This document shows positions 1 to 11,397 of a DNA stretch of 64,000 bases, in pieces. The stretch spans positions 999,909 to 1,063,908 of the forward strand of contig NW_025215381.1 in NCBI RefSeq assembly GCF_004010195.1. The letters run 5' to 3'. The stretch's first letter is position 1, and each line of letters opens with the position of its first letter. A model generated the notes under the pieces. The model was not told where the DNA came from and searched no databases. It saw nothing but the letters and a program-made list of their open reading frames with translations. Position numbers and translations under genes: made by a program. Origin of the DNA: Chiloscyllium plagiosum (Eukaryota).

Positions 1-29
1 ATGAAAAGATTGGTTCACACAGGATTTAG

Positions 30-820
30 AGTTGCTGGTGTTGGACTAGGGTGCACAAAGTTTAAAATCACACAACTCCGGGTTATGATTAGATTAGATG
101 ACTGACAGTGTGGAAACAGGCCCTTCGGCACAACAAGTCCACACCGACCCTCCGAAGAGCAACCACCCAGACCCATTCCCCTACATTTACCCCTTCACCT
201 AACACTGCGGGCAATTTAGCATGGCCAATTCACCTAATCTGCACATTTTTGGACTGTGGGAGGAAACCCACGCAGACACAGGGAGAATGTGCAAACTCCA
301 CACACACAGTTGCCTGAGGCGAGAATTGAACCCGGATCTCTGGCGCTGTGCGGTAGTACTGCTAACCACTGTGCTGCCAATATAGTCCAACATGTTTAAT
401 TGGAAGCACTAGTTTTTGAAGCGCTGCTCCTTCAGGCGGTTGTGGAGTATAAGATTGTAAGACACAGAATTTATAGCAAATATTTACATTGTGATGGAAC
501 TGAAATTATATGTTGAAAAAGACCTGGATTGTTTGTTAAGTGTCTCATTTGTTAGAATGACTATGTTGGTTTCAGTTCTTTCATATGTAAATCGCAAAAC
601 TTTTTTAAAAGTTACATTCTCAAGTGAATTTTTAACAATTGTCATGTTGGCCCAGATAATGTATTGAAGGTGTGAACTTCCCTGTGTGAGGCTGTCTGTG
701 CCACAATGGTCAGACTGATTCTAATCTACAAAACTGACTTACAGAATCTTACGTGGATTCATGCAGTTTTTGAACAAAGTAAAATGTAATTCTGCAAGTA
801 CAGATTCACCCCACAAACTT
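30..820 (-). mobile_element. PLE-like non-autonomous element fragment, interrupted by the SINE at 87-378
   Basis: Reverse complement of the 10942-11397 family; shared terminal block ccaattaaacctgttggactataacctggtgttgtgtgatttttaactttgt and decayed hammerhead near 405-437. Confidence 0.6.
87..378 (-). mobile_element. HE1-type tRNA-derived SINE
   Basis: On - strand: A box (tggttagca), B box (ggttcaattc), conserved body, CR1-like 3' tail with (tctaa)n. Confidence 0.85.
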
Positions 821-869
821 GTATGTGTGCGTGTGTGTGTGTGTGTGGGGTGGGTGGTTGGGGGATCTG

Positions 870-1865
870 GGGTTATTGGTTAGCCTACTTTTGGAATACT
901 GTGCGCAATTCTGGTCTCCCTCCTATCAAAAGGATGTTGTGAAATTTGAAAGGGTTCAGAAAAGATTTACAAGAATGTTACCAGGGTTGGAGGATTTGAG
1001 CTGCAAGGAGAGGCTGAACATGCTGGGGCTGTTGTCCTTGGAGGGTTGGAGACTGAGAGTTGACCTTACGGAGGTTTATAAAATCGTGAGGGGAATGGAT
1101 AGGGTAAGTAGACAAGGTCTTTTCCCCCAGGTGGGGGTGTCCAGAACTAGAGGGCATAGGTTTAGGGTGAGAGGGGACAAATCTTTGAAAGTTGCCACCC
1201 AGGTAAATAGTGCGGTGAAGAAGGCATATGGCGTACTGGCTTTTATTGGTAGAGGAATTGAGTTCCGGAGTACTGAGGTCATGTTGCAGTTGTATAAGAC
1301 TCTGGTGCGGCCGCATCTGGAGTATTGTGTGCAGTTTTGGTCGCCATACTATAGGAAGGATGTGGAGGCACTGGAACGGGTGCAGAGGAGGTTTACCAGG
1401 ATGTTGCCTGGTATGGTAGAAAGATCGTATGAGGAAAGGCTGAGGCACTTGGGGCTGTTCTCATTGGAGAAAAGAAGGTTTAGGGGTGACTTGACAGAGG
1501 TGTACAAGATGATTAGGGGTTTAGATAGGGTTGACAGTGAGAATCTTTTNNNNNNNNNNNNNNNNNNNNNNNNNNNNNNNNNNNNNNNNNNNNNCGCTGT
1601 ATTCTTCTATGTTCTATATAAAAGAGCAACTTTTTTATGCGGAGAGTGGTACGTGTATGGAATGAGCTGCCAGAGGAAGTGGTGGAGGCTGGTACAATTA
1701 CAACATTTAAAAGGCATCTGGATGGGTATATGAATAGGAAGGGTTTAGTGGGAAATGGGCCAAGTGCTGACAAAGGGGCTACATTAATTTAGGATATCTG
1801 GTCGGCATGCACGAGTTGGACTGAAGGGTCTGTTTTCGTGCTGTATATCTCAATGACTCTATGAC
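870..1865 (+). mobile_element. CR1 LINE 3' fragment with a second CR1 fragment nested at ~1175-1620
   Basis: LEYCAQFWSP...RFTRMLPG motif appears twice in tandem; outer element resumes at ~1621; 3' tails ttctatgttctat and gactctatgac. Confidence 0.85.
1550..1594. other. Assembly gap (45 N)
   Basis: Run of N. Confidence 1.
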
Positions 1866-4800
1866 AAGGTACTACAAGTGTTGGCAGGCTTAAAAGTGGA
1901 CAGATATCCAGGTCCAGATGAATTATGTCCCAGGCTACTGTGGGAGGCAGGGAAGGAGATTGCAGTGGGCACTAACCCACTTTTTTAATCCCTCTCTGGC
2001 CATGGGGTGGTTCCAGAGGAGTGGAGAACAACTAATATTCTCATATTTAAGAACGGTTGTAGAGAACTACAGATGAGTGAGTTTCATGTCAGTGGTAAGA
2101 AAACTGTTGGATCAAAGTCTAAAGGAGAGCATCTATGTAAGGCACAATCAGGGATAGCATGGCTTCATCAGAGGGGAGCCTTGCCTGACAAATTTGAGGA
2201 GGTGACCATGTGTATAGATGGAGGTCATGCAGTTGACTTGATTTATTATTGTCACGTATTGAAATACAGTATTGTATTAGCATACAAAATGGTATTGTTT
2301 TGCATGCTAACCAGAGAAATTGCACCGTACACAAGTACATCAGGATAATAGAACAGAATGCAGAATACAGTGCTACAGCTGCAGTGAAAGATCAACTCTA
2401 ATATACGAGAGGTATCTGATAACAGCAAGGAAGAAGCTGTTTTAAAATCCGTTGGTACATGTTTTCAAACTTTTGTATCTTCTGACCAATGGAAGAGATC
2501 ATAACTGGTTATGTGGATTTCAGCAAAGCTTTTGACAAGGTCTCACGTAGGAGACTGCTCAAGAAGGTAAATGCACATGGGATACAGGGTAATTTGATAA
2601 AGTGAATTCAAAATTGGCTCACTTGCAGAAGACAAGAGGTGATGACAGAAGGCTGGAAGCCAGTGTCCAGTGGTGTGCTGCTAAAGTGCAGATTTAAGAC
2701 AGCCCAGGGAATCCCTTGTGGACTCAGACCTGTAAAGCCTGTCTCTAGGTTTGTCCCGGAGATCATACTCTTTGGAAGGCTGGGATAAAAACCTCTTTTA
2801 GACAGTTTAGTTTAATTTTAGGCATCCCCTTTATACCTATCAGCTAAACTAGCTAGGTTCTAATAACCTAGGAGAATAGTGTACCAGCTCTTCAAGTGCC
2901 CCAGCGGGCTACTCTGTACTAATACAAAGTGGCTTCCTTTATACAAAGTTTACAAAAACATTGCATGTTCTTAATTAGACAGATAACAGTGAAAGACAAT
3001 AATTTTAAAGGAAGAAAAGTTAATTGACAGGCCTATGTACACTTGACTAATCACTCCTACATGCCCTAAGCCATTCATCAGGTGGGAAGAACACACCCAG
3101 CTGAGTTAAGCGCCTGCTAGCAAGATAAGCTCCTATCATAAAGAGGTACCAGTCTGGGATAATTGGAGAGTCCACAAGGTAACCTTGCACAGCTCACATA
3201 TCTGATACAATCGTTTTATGAAATGGTTCCTTAGCAAGGAGGGCAAACTCTTGACCATAAAATGGCTTCCCGACAGATTGTGTCAGAATCTCTTCAATGT
3301 TAGGTTTAGAATAATTTTAAGCTGGAAGCAGATTCCTGCTTTTTATCTTAAACACAGAATCATTCTGTACCCGAGGCTGAAATGTTACTGCAAGGTTGTA
3401 TTTAAAATGATTAATTAGTCTCGAATTAAACATGCCTTCTTTTCAAGTTTGTGATTCAAATTCAAATAAATCAGAAAATCTGATGAGTTAGAATTGACAG
3501 TGAAGTAGCCTGCAATGTAGAGCGGTCTGCAAGAACAGCAAGTAAGTTAAGGCTTCATCAATATTACCTTTTACAGAATTTGTATTTAATAACCAGTCTT
3601 GGCTGCTCAATATCATCATAAAGTCCCAAAATGCAATTAAATTCAATTCATAGCACATAAGCACTAAGAGTTAATTTTCTACTGGCACCAACAGCCTCAG
3701 CACTAAAATGGTCTCTCTCTCTCTAGTTTCCTTTTGAACTCTCAAGTCAGCAAAGATTTTTTTCTCTTTGTGTCTGCCCTGATTGCAAGGAGTCATAAGA
3801 ATCCATTATAATTGGCAGCATCTAACCGTTAATTACAAAGCTTTTGATGGTACCGAGTTTCGTGTCAGGGTCAGAATCAAACACTGTCATTAATTTCATG
3901 GCTGTGAATGTTATCACTTGGTGTCCTGTTCACACAGATTCACCGATGCTAAGGCAAATGTTCTTAATTGTCTGACAGCATCCTGTTATCATTTGCAATC
4001 CTTAAGTTGCCCCCCACTTTTTCTGAGCCTTCCTGCCTGTCTATTTTTCTAGTGCAGTAAATGTGTTCTGTAATTCAGCATTACATTTTAGTCTAAATGT
4101 TTAAAGACAAGTTTTATGGCTATTGCCTTTCTCAGTGCCATATGGATCCATGCTGGGTCCCCTATTATTTGTCATTATGTAAGTGACATAGATGACTGAG
4201 GGGGTTTGGGTTAGTATGTTTGTGGATGACGCAAAGATTAGTTGTGTGGTGAACAGTTAGTTTGAGTATCTGGAGCTACAAGAAGATATACACGGGATGG
4301 TCAAATGGAAGATGGAATTGTGATGATACACTTTGGAAGGAGTAATTTGACAAGAAAGTATTCAATGAATGGCATGACACTAGGAAGTTCTGTGGAACAA
4401 AAGGACTTGGTGTATTTGTCCATAATCTCTGAAGGCAGAAGGGTGGTGATAAAGGCATGGGGGGCATTTGCCTTTATCAGTCGAGGCACTGATTACAAAA
4501 GGAGGGAGGTCATGTTGGAATTGTAGCGAACGTTGTTGAAACCACAGCTGGAGTACTGTGTGCAGTTCTAGTTGCCACATTACACAAGGATGTGATTGCA
4601 CTGGAGGGGGAGCAGAAAAGATTCACCAGGATGCTGCCTGGGATGGAAAGGTTGGATAAGCTCGGGTTGTTTTTATTGGAGCAGAGAAGACTGGCGATCT
4701 GATTGGGGTATGGGCACAGTGGATAAGGAGCAACTCTTCCCTTATTTGAAGGATCAGTCGCAAGGGGACTCAGGTTCATGGTGAGAAGCAGGAAGTTTAT

Positions 4801-5040
4801 GGGGATGTTTTGAAAAAATTTTTTATCCAGAGTGTGGTGATGGTTTGGAATATGCTGCCCAGGAGGGTGGTAGAGGTGAGTTGCCTCACATCCTATAAAA
4901 AGTACTTGGACGAGTACTTGCCATGTCATAATATTCAAGGCGATAGTCCAAGTGCTGGGAAATGGGATAAGGTTGAAGGTCGGGTGTTCCTCAAGTGTTG
5001 GTGCAGACTCGATGGGCCAACCCCATGTTGCTCTGCCTTG
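1866..5040 (+). mobile_element. Old, degraded CR1 ORF2, split by a Rex/Babar 3' piece (~2236-2500) and the solo LTR at 2679-4134
   Basis: Decayed motifs in order: PGPDEL, VPEEWRT, DFSKAFDKV, SGV|P.GS.LGPLLF, FVDD, LEYCVQF. Confidence 0.75.
2679..4134. mobile_element. Solo LTR (1456 bp)
   Basis: Starts TGctAAAG, ends CTTTctCA; 4-bp TSD GTGC at 2675-2678 and 4135-4138; removing it rejoins the CR1 'agtggtgtgcca' (SGVP) codons; TATA-like GGTATAAAGGGG on - strand near 2826-2837. Confidence 0.75.
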
Positions 5041-5297
5041 AGGATGCTATTTTTCAACTAAGACATGATTCCACTGAGCTGATGCATAGTTTTAATTGAA
5101 AGGTCGTATTGGAGTATTAGTCAGAATATGCAGTGGATGATCTCATCGATATACCTGCTTCATCCACCTTGCGGTGTGTGCAATGGTGATGCGTACAAAA
5201 TGACAACTTCATTGATCATGATAAACGCCACAGAACTTCAAAACAACGTCACTTTAATTGTGAAGGCACGGGTATTAAAAATAAGCGAATAAGAATA

Positions 5298-6381
5298 CAG
5301 AGGAGCCTCAATTTTCCGAATGAGATGGGTGGGCACTATATCGTTCGGATAATCGATTATTCAGTTAATTGTTCAATGCCTCCCCTCTGGGGCTCAGAGT
5401 TCTCTGTTACGTCCACTCCCCATTCAGGAGACTAGGCAGCAGCACACCATGCATGGGCTCTCCCCCCCCCAAAAACCCTGTCCAACCCCACCCTCCTTAC
5501 TGCCCTCCCAACCCTGTCCAACCCACCCCCAGACCCCATCCAACCCCACCCTCCACATTACATCTAACACTGGCCCCNNNNNNNNNNNNNNNNNNNNNNN
5601 NNNNNNNNNNNNNNNNNNNNNNNNNNNNNNNNNNNNNNNNNNNNNNNNNNNNNNNNNNNNNNNNNNNNNNNNNNNNNNNNNNNNNNNNNNNNNNNNNNNN
5701 NNNNNNNNNNNNNNNNNNNNNNNNNNNNNNNNNNNNNNNNNNNNNNNNNNNNNNNNNNNNNNNNNNNNNNNNNNNNNNNNNNNNNNNNNNNNNNNNNNNN
5801 NNNNNNNNNNNNNNNNNNNNNNNNNNNNNNNNNNNNNNNNNNNNNNNNNNNNNNNNNNNNNNNNNNNNNNNNNNNNNNNNNNCTGGCCCCCAAACCCCAT
5901 CCAGCCCCACCCCCCCAAACCCCATCCAACACTACATCAGCCCCCCCGCCCAGCTCCCTCTCCAGGGCAGCTGGACTGGACAACAACAAGACTGCTGCTG
6001 CTGCCTTTTTGGGGGATGAGTCTCCAAATAGCGCATGCACACACACACAACATTTTACTGCAACTTTTTGATAGGTTCCACCTTTGCCCTGTACAGGACA
6101 ATGTTGGAGAGATTATCTGGAGAAGGGGGATTTAGGGTACACATCTGTGTAGAACTCCAGGGAAAGTGTGGGGGGAGAGAGAGAGGGCAGGAGGTCAGTC
6201 ATTAGGAGATGGTGCCTGGGCTCTCATCAATGTCCGCATTTCAGTAAGCCGAGTTCGTTTTTAATCACTGTAAGCAAAAGACGCGATCACAGTTGGAAAC
6301 ACGTCTTTGATGTAATGTTTCTATCGGGACCTCGACATCTCCTTCAGATAATCCGATATTCGGATAATTGAGGTTCCTCTG
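5298..6381. mobile_element. Non-autonomous Tc1/mariner-superfamily (Tigger/pogo-like) DNA transposon
   Basis: 24-bp TIRs CAGAGGAGCCTCAATTTTCCGAAT (5298-5321) and ATTCGGATAATTGAGGTTCCTCTG (6358-6381), 22/24 match; TA on both flanks. Confidence 0.88.
5460..5965. repeat. C-rich degenerate minisatellite spanning an assembly gap (N 5578-5882)
   Basis: Units like aaccctgtccaaccccaccc / aaaccccatccagccccacc on both sides of the 305-N gap. Confidence 0.75.
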
Positions 6382-6395
6382 TATGGGAATGCATC

Positions 6396-6515
6396 CACGT
6401 AATGAAGGAGCAGTGCTCTGAAAGCTAGTGCTTCCAAATAAACCCATTGGACGATAACTTGGTGTTGTGTGATTTTTGGATTTTCACATCCCAGTCTAAA
6501 ACCGGCACTTCCAAA
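6396..6515 (+). mobile_element. PLE terminal fragment with decayed hammerhead
   Basis: cac-gtaatga-a-ggagcagtgctct-gaaa-gc-ta-gtg followed by the same tail as 11310-11397. Confidence 0.65.
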
Positions 6516-6939
6516 TATTGTTTTTTCCGACTGAAATAAGGCAACTTTGAACTTGAGTTTAAACACGTCAGCCCCTAATGAGTTAAATGTATTTAGTAAA
6601 AACTGAAAATATTGGAGAAATCCAACAGATCTTGCAGCATCTGTGGCGAAAGGAACTGAGTTGACATTTTGTATCTACTATAATTCTTCCATAGTCTTCT
6701 CAGAGTTAAATGTCTTCTCTCTGGCCTTGGCAGCTTGCACCTCCATCTGAGAAAGAATGGTCCACACCGCACATATTCACATGTTCACCTATTTACCTGA
6801 TATCCAACAGAAATTGCAATATCTCTTGGGCTTAAGAATGAAAAATTGTTTGTGGTTGAAACCCATTCGGTTTCTAAATCTGTCGAGGGAGTGTTTGATG
6901 GGGACACTCCCCCTTAATCATGTATTGCTTCTCTTTCAG

Positions 6940-7104
6940 TGTGAGAATGAAACGTCGGTCTTCATGGCCACTGTTGAGTTCATGGAGAATCATGGCAGAA
7001 ACATCTTGTTGTCCAACAATGGCCACACTGCCACCCGAGTGGCCAGCTACAACCAAGGCGTGGTGGCATCTGCCCAGCCGTTACCCCGGCAACTGCTGTT
7101 TCAG
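6940..7104 (+). CDS. NEURL4: NEURL4 coding exon (first in window; start of last NHR domain); upstream exons lie outside the window
   Basis: Acceptor ctctttcag|, donor |gtaatt; 165 nt, phase 0/0; [55 protein letters not shown] matches recalled vertebrate NEURL4 ([28 protein letters not shown]). Confidence 0.93.
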
Positions 7105-7469
7105 GTAATTGAGGATGTGGGAAATTCAGCTGGATGCCAGTGAGACCAAAGAGCTATCCCTGCTTTGTCAGACCTGGATGATAATATTGTTCCTCCTGTT
7201 GTCATTTTGTAGAGTCTGGCAGGTATTTTGTGTTGCTTATTCTTTCAGGGAATGCACGTTTGCTAGCATTTATTGCCCATCCCTAATTTTCCTTGAACTG
7301 ATTAGCTCTCCAGACCATTTCAGTGAATAGCTGAGTGTCAACCACATTGCTATGGGTGTAGAGACACATGTAGCCCAAAATTGGTAAGAACAGCAGATTT
7401 TCTTCCCAAAAGAGCATGCATGATAAGCTTTTATGACTAAGTGGTAGTTTAATGGGCAGCATTATTATT

Positions 7470-7813
7470 ATAGAATCCCTGCAGTGTGGAAACAGGCCCT
7501 TTGGCCCAACAAGTCCACACCAACCCTCCGAAGAGTAACCCACCCTGGCCCATTCCTGTCACCTATTATCCTATATTTACCCCTGATTAACACACATAAC
7601 CTATACATCCCTGAACACTGTGAGCAATTTAGCATGGCCAATTTACCAAACCTGCACATCTTTGCACTGTGGGAGGAAACCGGAGCATCCGGAAGAAACC
7701 CACACAGACACTGGGAGAATGTGCGACTTCCACACAGTCACCCGAGGCTGGAATCAAACCCTGGTTCCTGGTGCTGGGTGGCAGCAGTGCTAACCACTGA
7801 GCCATCGTGCTGC
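7470..7813 (-). mobile_element. HE1-type SINE
   Basis: Same body and boxes as 55841-56157. Confidence 0.85.
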
Positions 7814-8188
7814 TCCAAATGACCAGCTTTCAATCCAGGTTTATAGATTGAATATAAATCGCACAAGTTTCTGTGGTCGGACTTGAATCAGTGTTCTGAG
7901 ACTGTTGAATAAAAATAAAGCTCTGACTAGAAAGGTTTATACCTGGTCTCTGTCTGAATACCCTTTAACCTCTAATGTTTAACACTTCCTGCTCAAATGT
8001 ATAACCAATCTCCTGTAAAGCTGATGTGCTTAGGTTAGTTTCTTCTGTTCTGATGAGCTTTTGGTCATAGCAAAATGCCCTGAATGGATTTTAAGATTGT
8101 TCTCGTCTATTCTGGATTCTCCTACTCGGAGAACACTGAGGCATGTGGAAAACCATTAATGAATCATTTTTTATGTATTTCTCCTCAG

Positions 8189-8347
8189 ATTCAGATTGAT
8201 CGTTTAAATTCACAGTGGACATCTTCACTCTCACTGGGTGTGATTGGAAACTCTCCCGAACGGTTTAATTTCCCAGGCACTGCTTCGTCGATCAAGCGCT
8301 CCGCATGGCTGATCCAGCGAGATTCTGTTTTTCACAATTCATTAAAA
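8189..8347 (+). CDS. NEURL4: NEURL4 coding exon (NHR domain)
   Basis: ctcctcag| ... |gtgaga; 159 nt, phase 0/0; IQIDRLNSQWTSSLSLGVIGNSPERFNFPGTASSIKRSAWLIQRDSVFHNSLK. Confidence 0.94.
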
Positions 8348-10206
8348 GTGAGAATCCAGAACTGTGTTCTTCTTATGGAGCCTTCCCTCGGCCAACTCAC
8401 TTCAAGGGCTCTTTGTTAAACTTCATCTCACCAGCCCCGGAAGTGGCTCAGCATGAGTATTCAGTCATCCCTATTATTGCCAGGTCTGAGAAGCTGGAGA
8501 CAGAAATAGATGTGACATTTAACAGCAGTTTTTATTGTTTTTAAATAACCCTCTTGCAACAACATACTCAGAGGTGTGTGTTTAGACAGATGTGCAAAGA
8601 ACACACCTGGAATTGAGAGTGAAGGAAGTTTAAATTCTGAACAACAATCTGCTTTTCTTTAAAATAAAAAAGCAAATATTTTGTAATTGTTGCCATGTTA
8701 TATCATTATCTTAATGTCCCACCCAGTCCATTTTCGCTTGCTAACCCCCCTTCCCAGTCACTCCCAAAAATCACCCTGGGGACGCCCTTGCCTTCAATCC
8801 CCCACCTGCGTTCATCCCCAGGACACCTCACCCTTGTTTGCCTCCAACCCCCCACAGTCCACACCAACCAGTTCCTTCATCCACATTCTCCACTCTGCCC
8901 AGGTTCCCTTGCTTCTCCATCTCCCCTCACCCACAACCTCCATCTAGACCCACGTTCTCCTCAGATTCCTCGCCAGACCCATCCTAGTACCCTCGATCTG
9001 ATCCCCATCATTCCCGGCACCTTAACCCTATCCCCAATCTCAGTCTTATCCCCTTGATTCCTGTCCACCTTGTTGAAGGAATTAACTCACCCAGGAGTGT
9101 GTCTCACTAATTAAAAGGCAGAATCTGCAAGGGAATAGCTTAGACTGATTCTCAGTGTTTTTATGTTTGCTTAATTCACACGAGACATTGCAGTCATATT
9201 TAAAAACAACTTCAATGCACATATGTTTCCTTACGTTAGGCAGGAAACTCCTTTTGATTTTTAGATGTTTCGCAAACTGGCTGCCATGCAAGATAAACGT
9301 GGTACCCAAGGGAGTGCATCACCTGCCTCCACATAGATCGTGCATCGTTCTTCCTGAACTGAAAGGTAGAACAAGAGGGAATTGAATTGTCAGTGTGCTA
9401 TTTTGCCAGCACATTCCTCTTCAAGCCATACAGACACAATTCACTTTAAAATAGCTATGCAGGTTAATGTTGCCAATTAAAATAAAAACTTGTTACTGGA
9501 GGCATGGACCTCAAGAACCAGAGAGATTAGATGGAACCAAGCTCGGTGCAAACAGAAGTTTTTATTTTTATTACTTGACATGATGTGTAAGTTGCTGGCT
9601 GGACCAGCATTTATTGTTTGTTCTCATTTGCCCTGGAGAAGGTGATGGTGAGCTGTATTTTTGAACAACTGTAACCCATATGATGCAGGGGCTCCCACCA
9701 TGCTATTAAGAAAGGAGTTCCAGGTTTTTTTGACCAGCAGTGGTGAGGAAACAGTGATATATTTTCAAGTCAGGATTGTGTATGGTCCACAGGAGAAGGT
9801 GCAGGTGCTGGTGTTTCCATGTGTGTGGTGCTCTTGAGCTTCGATATGGTAGAGGTCATGGTGGTTGGAAGATGCTATTTAGGGAGCCTTGACAAAGCTG
9901 GTGCAGTGCGTCTTGTTGACGGTACACACAGAGTATCAGTGGTGGAGGGGATTACTGTTGAAAGTGGTGGTGGGGTGCTGTTCATTTCTATGCAGCAAGT
10001 TGTTGGGATTTGGAATGTGCTAAGTGAATGGGCAGCACTAGCAGGTACAGTGTTGACCAATTGTCAGTGTGTCATTTGAGAACTGAGGGAGACACTGTTT
10101 TGTGCAGATCGGTGATGCCAGTCAACTATTGGCCAGTATAATACATTAAATGAAGAGCATCAGAATGTACATTTTTATTTCTCTTCTGGTCTGTTTCTTT
10201 CGTCAG

Positions 10207-10386
10207 ATTTGTGACAATTATGGTCCCAACTTGGATACGTGCCCAGAGGGAACCATTCTTGGACTCCTGGTAGATAATGCACACAGTATGCACCTGTTTG
10301 TTAATGGAATGGACCAAGGTGTAGCTGCTCAAGACATTCCCAATCCGTGTTTTGTTGTGATTGACCTGTATGGCCAGTGCGAACAG
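10207..10386 (+). CDS. NEURL4: NEURL4 coding exon (end of NHR domain)
   Basis: tttcgtcag| ... |gtgagt; 180 nt, phase 0/0; [23 protein letters not shown]...[32 protein letters not shown], including the NHR DLYGQC motif. Confidence 0.95.
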
Positions 10387-10941
10387 GTGAGTGGCTCCTC
10401 AGGGGACAGTATTGGGGGTTGCATAGAGCGTTGAATCCATTTAAATGTGCTATACTTGATCTCAATAGATCAGCCTGATCCTGACAGCTCCCAATACATA
10501 AATATCAATGGACATTTAAATCCTGTTACATACAATCTCAACAAGTGAACACCAATCCAAATCCATTTAATTCAATTGTAAATGCCCAGTTTAGGTTCCG
10601 CCGGGGCACTCATTTTCTGGTCTCTGAAATAGGCTTGTTTCAAATACAACAAAAGAACTGAATTGCAGAGGTGAAATGTGAGTGACTGCCCTTGACATCA
10701 AGGCTGCGTTTGACAGAGTGTGGCATCCAGGAGCCCTAGCAAACCTGGAGTCAGTGGGAATCAGAGAGAAATTACCTCACACCAAGGATAATGATGGTGT
10801 TGACGGAGATTAATCATCAGAGTTCCAAGTCACCTCTGCAGGAGTTTTTCAAAGTAGTATCCTAGGCCAGCTGTCTTCAGTTGTTTCATAAATGACCTTC
10901 CCTCCATCATAAACTTAGAAGTAGAGATGTTTGCTGATGAA

Positions 10942-11397
10942 AAACTGCATGAATCCGTGTAAGATTATACAAATCCCTTTTTTAGATTGGAATCAGTCTG
11001 AACATTGGGGCACAGACAACTTCACACAGGGCATCTCACACCTTAAATGCATTATCTGCGCCAACATGGCTCCTATTGTTAAAGTTCACTTGAGAATGTA
11101 ACTTTAAGAAAGTTCTGGAATTTACACATGAAAGAACTGAAACCAACTTGCCCATTCTAACGGATGAAAAAGACCTGGCTTGTTTGTTAAGACTCTCAAT
11201 ATATAATTTCAGTTACATCACTCTGTAAACTTTTGCTATAAATTCTGTGTCCTACGATCTTATACTCCACAACCACCTGATGAAGGAGCAGCGCTCCGAA
11301 AGCTAGAGCTTCCAATTAAACCTGTTGGACTATTACTTGGTGTTGTGTGATTTTTAACTTTGTACACCCCAGTTCAACATCGGTTCCTCCAAATCAT
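10942..11397 (+). mobile_element. PLE-like non-autonomous element with hammerhead motif
   Basis: Homologous to 30-820 (opposite strand); hammerhead core at 11274-11308; conserved tail. Confidence 0.7.
11274..11308 (+). ncRNA. Minimal type-I hammerhead ribozyme motif (core intact, one stem I mismatch)
   Basis: cac CTGATGA a GGAGC agc GCTCC GAAA gc TA gag; sibling copies have gtg at the 3' stem I position. Confidence 0.7.

Noticed and set aside
819..1733. 304-aa ORF
   Set aside because: Chance in-frame fusion of a TG repeat and two nested CR1 3' fragments, running through an N gap.
5369..6135. Several long Pro/Gly-rich ORFs
   Set aside because: Produced by the 305-N gap and C-rich repeats inside a DNA transposon.
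8687..9057. Pro/Ser/His-rich ORFs
   Set aside because: Pyrimidine-rich low-complexity intron; the flanking NEURL4 exons join without it.
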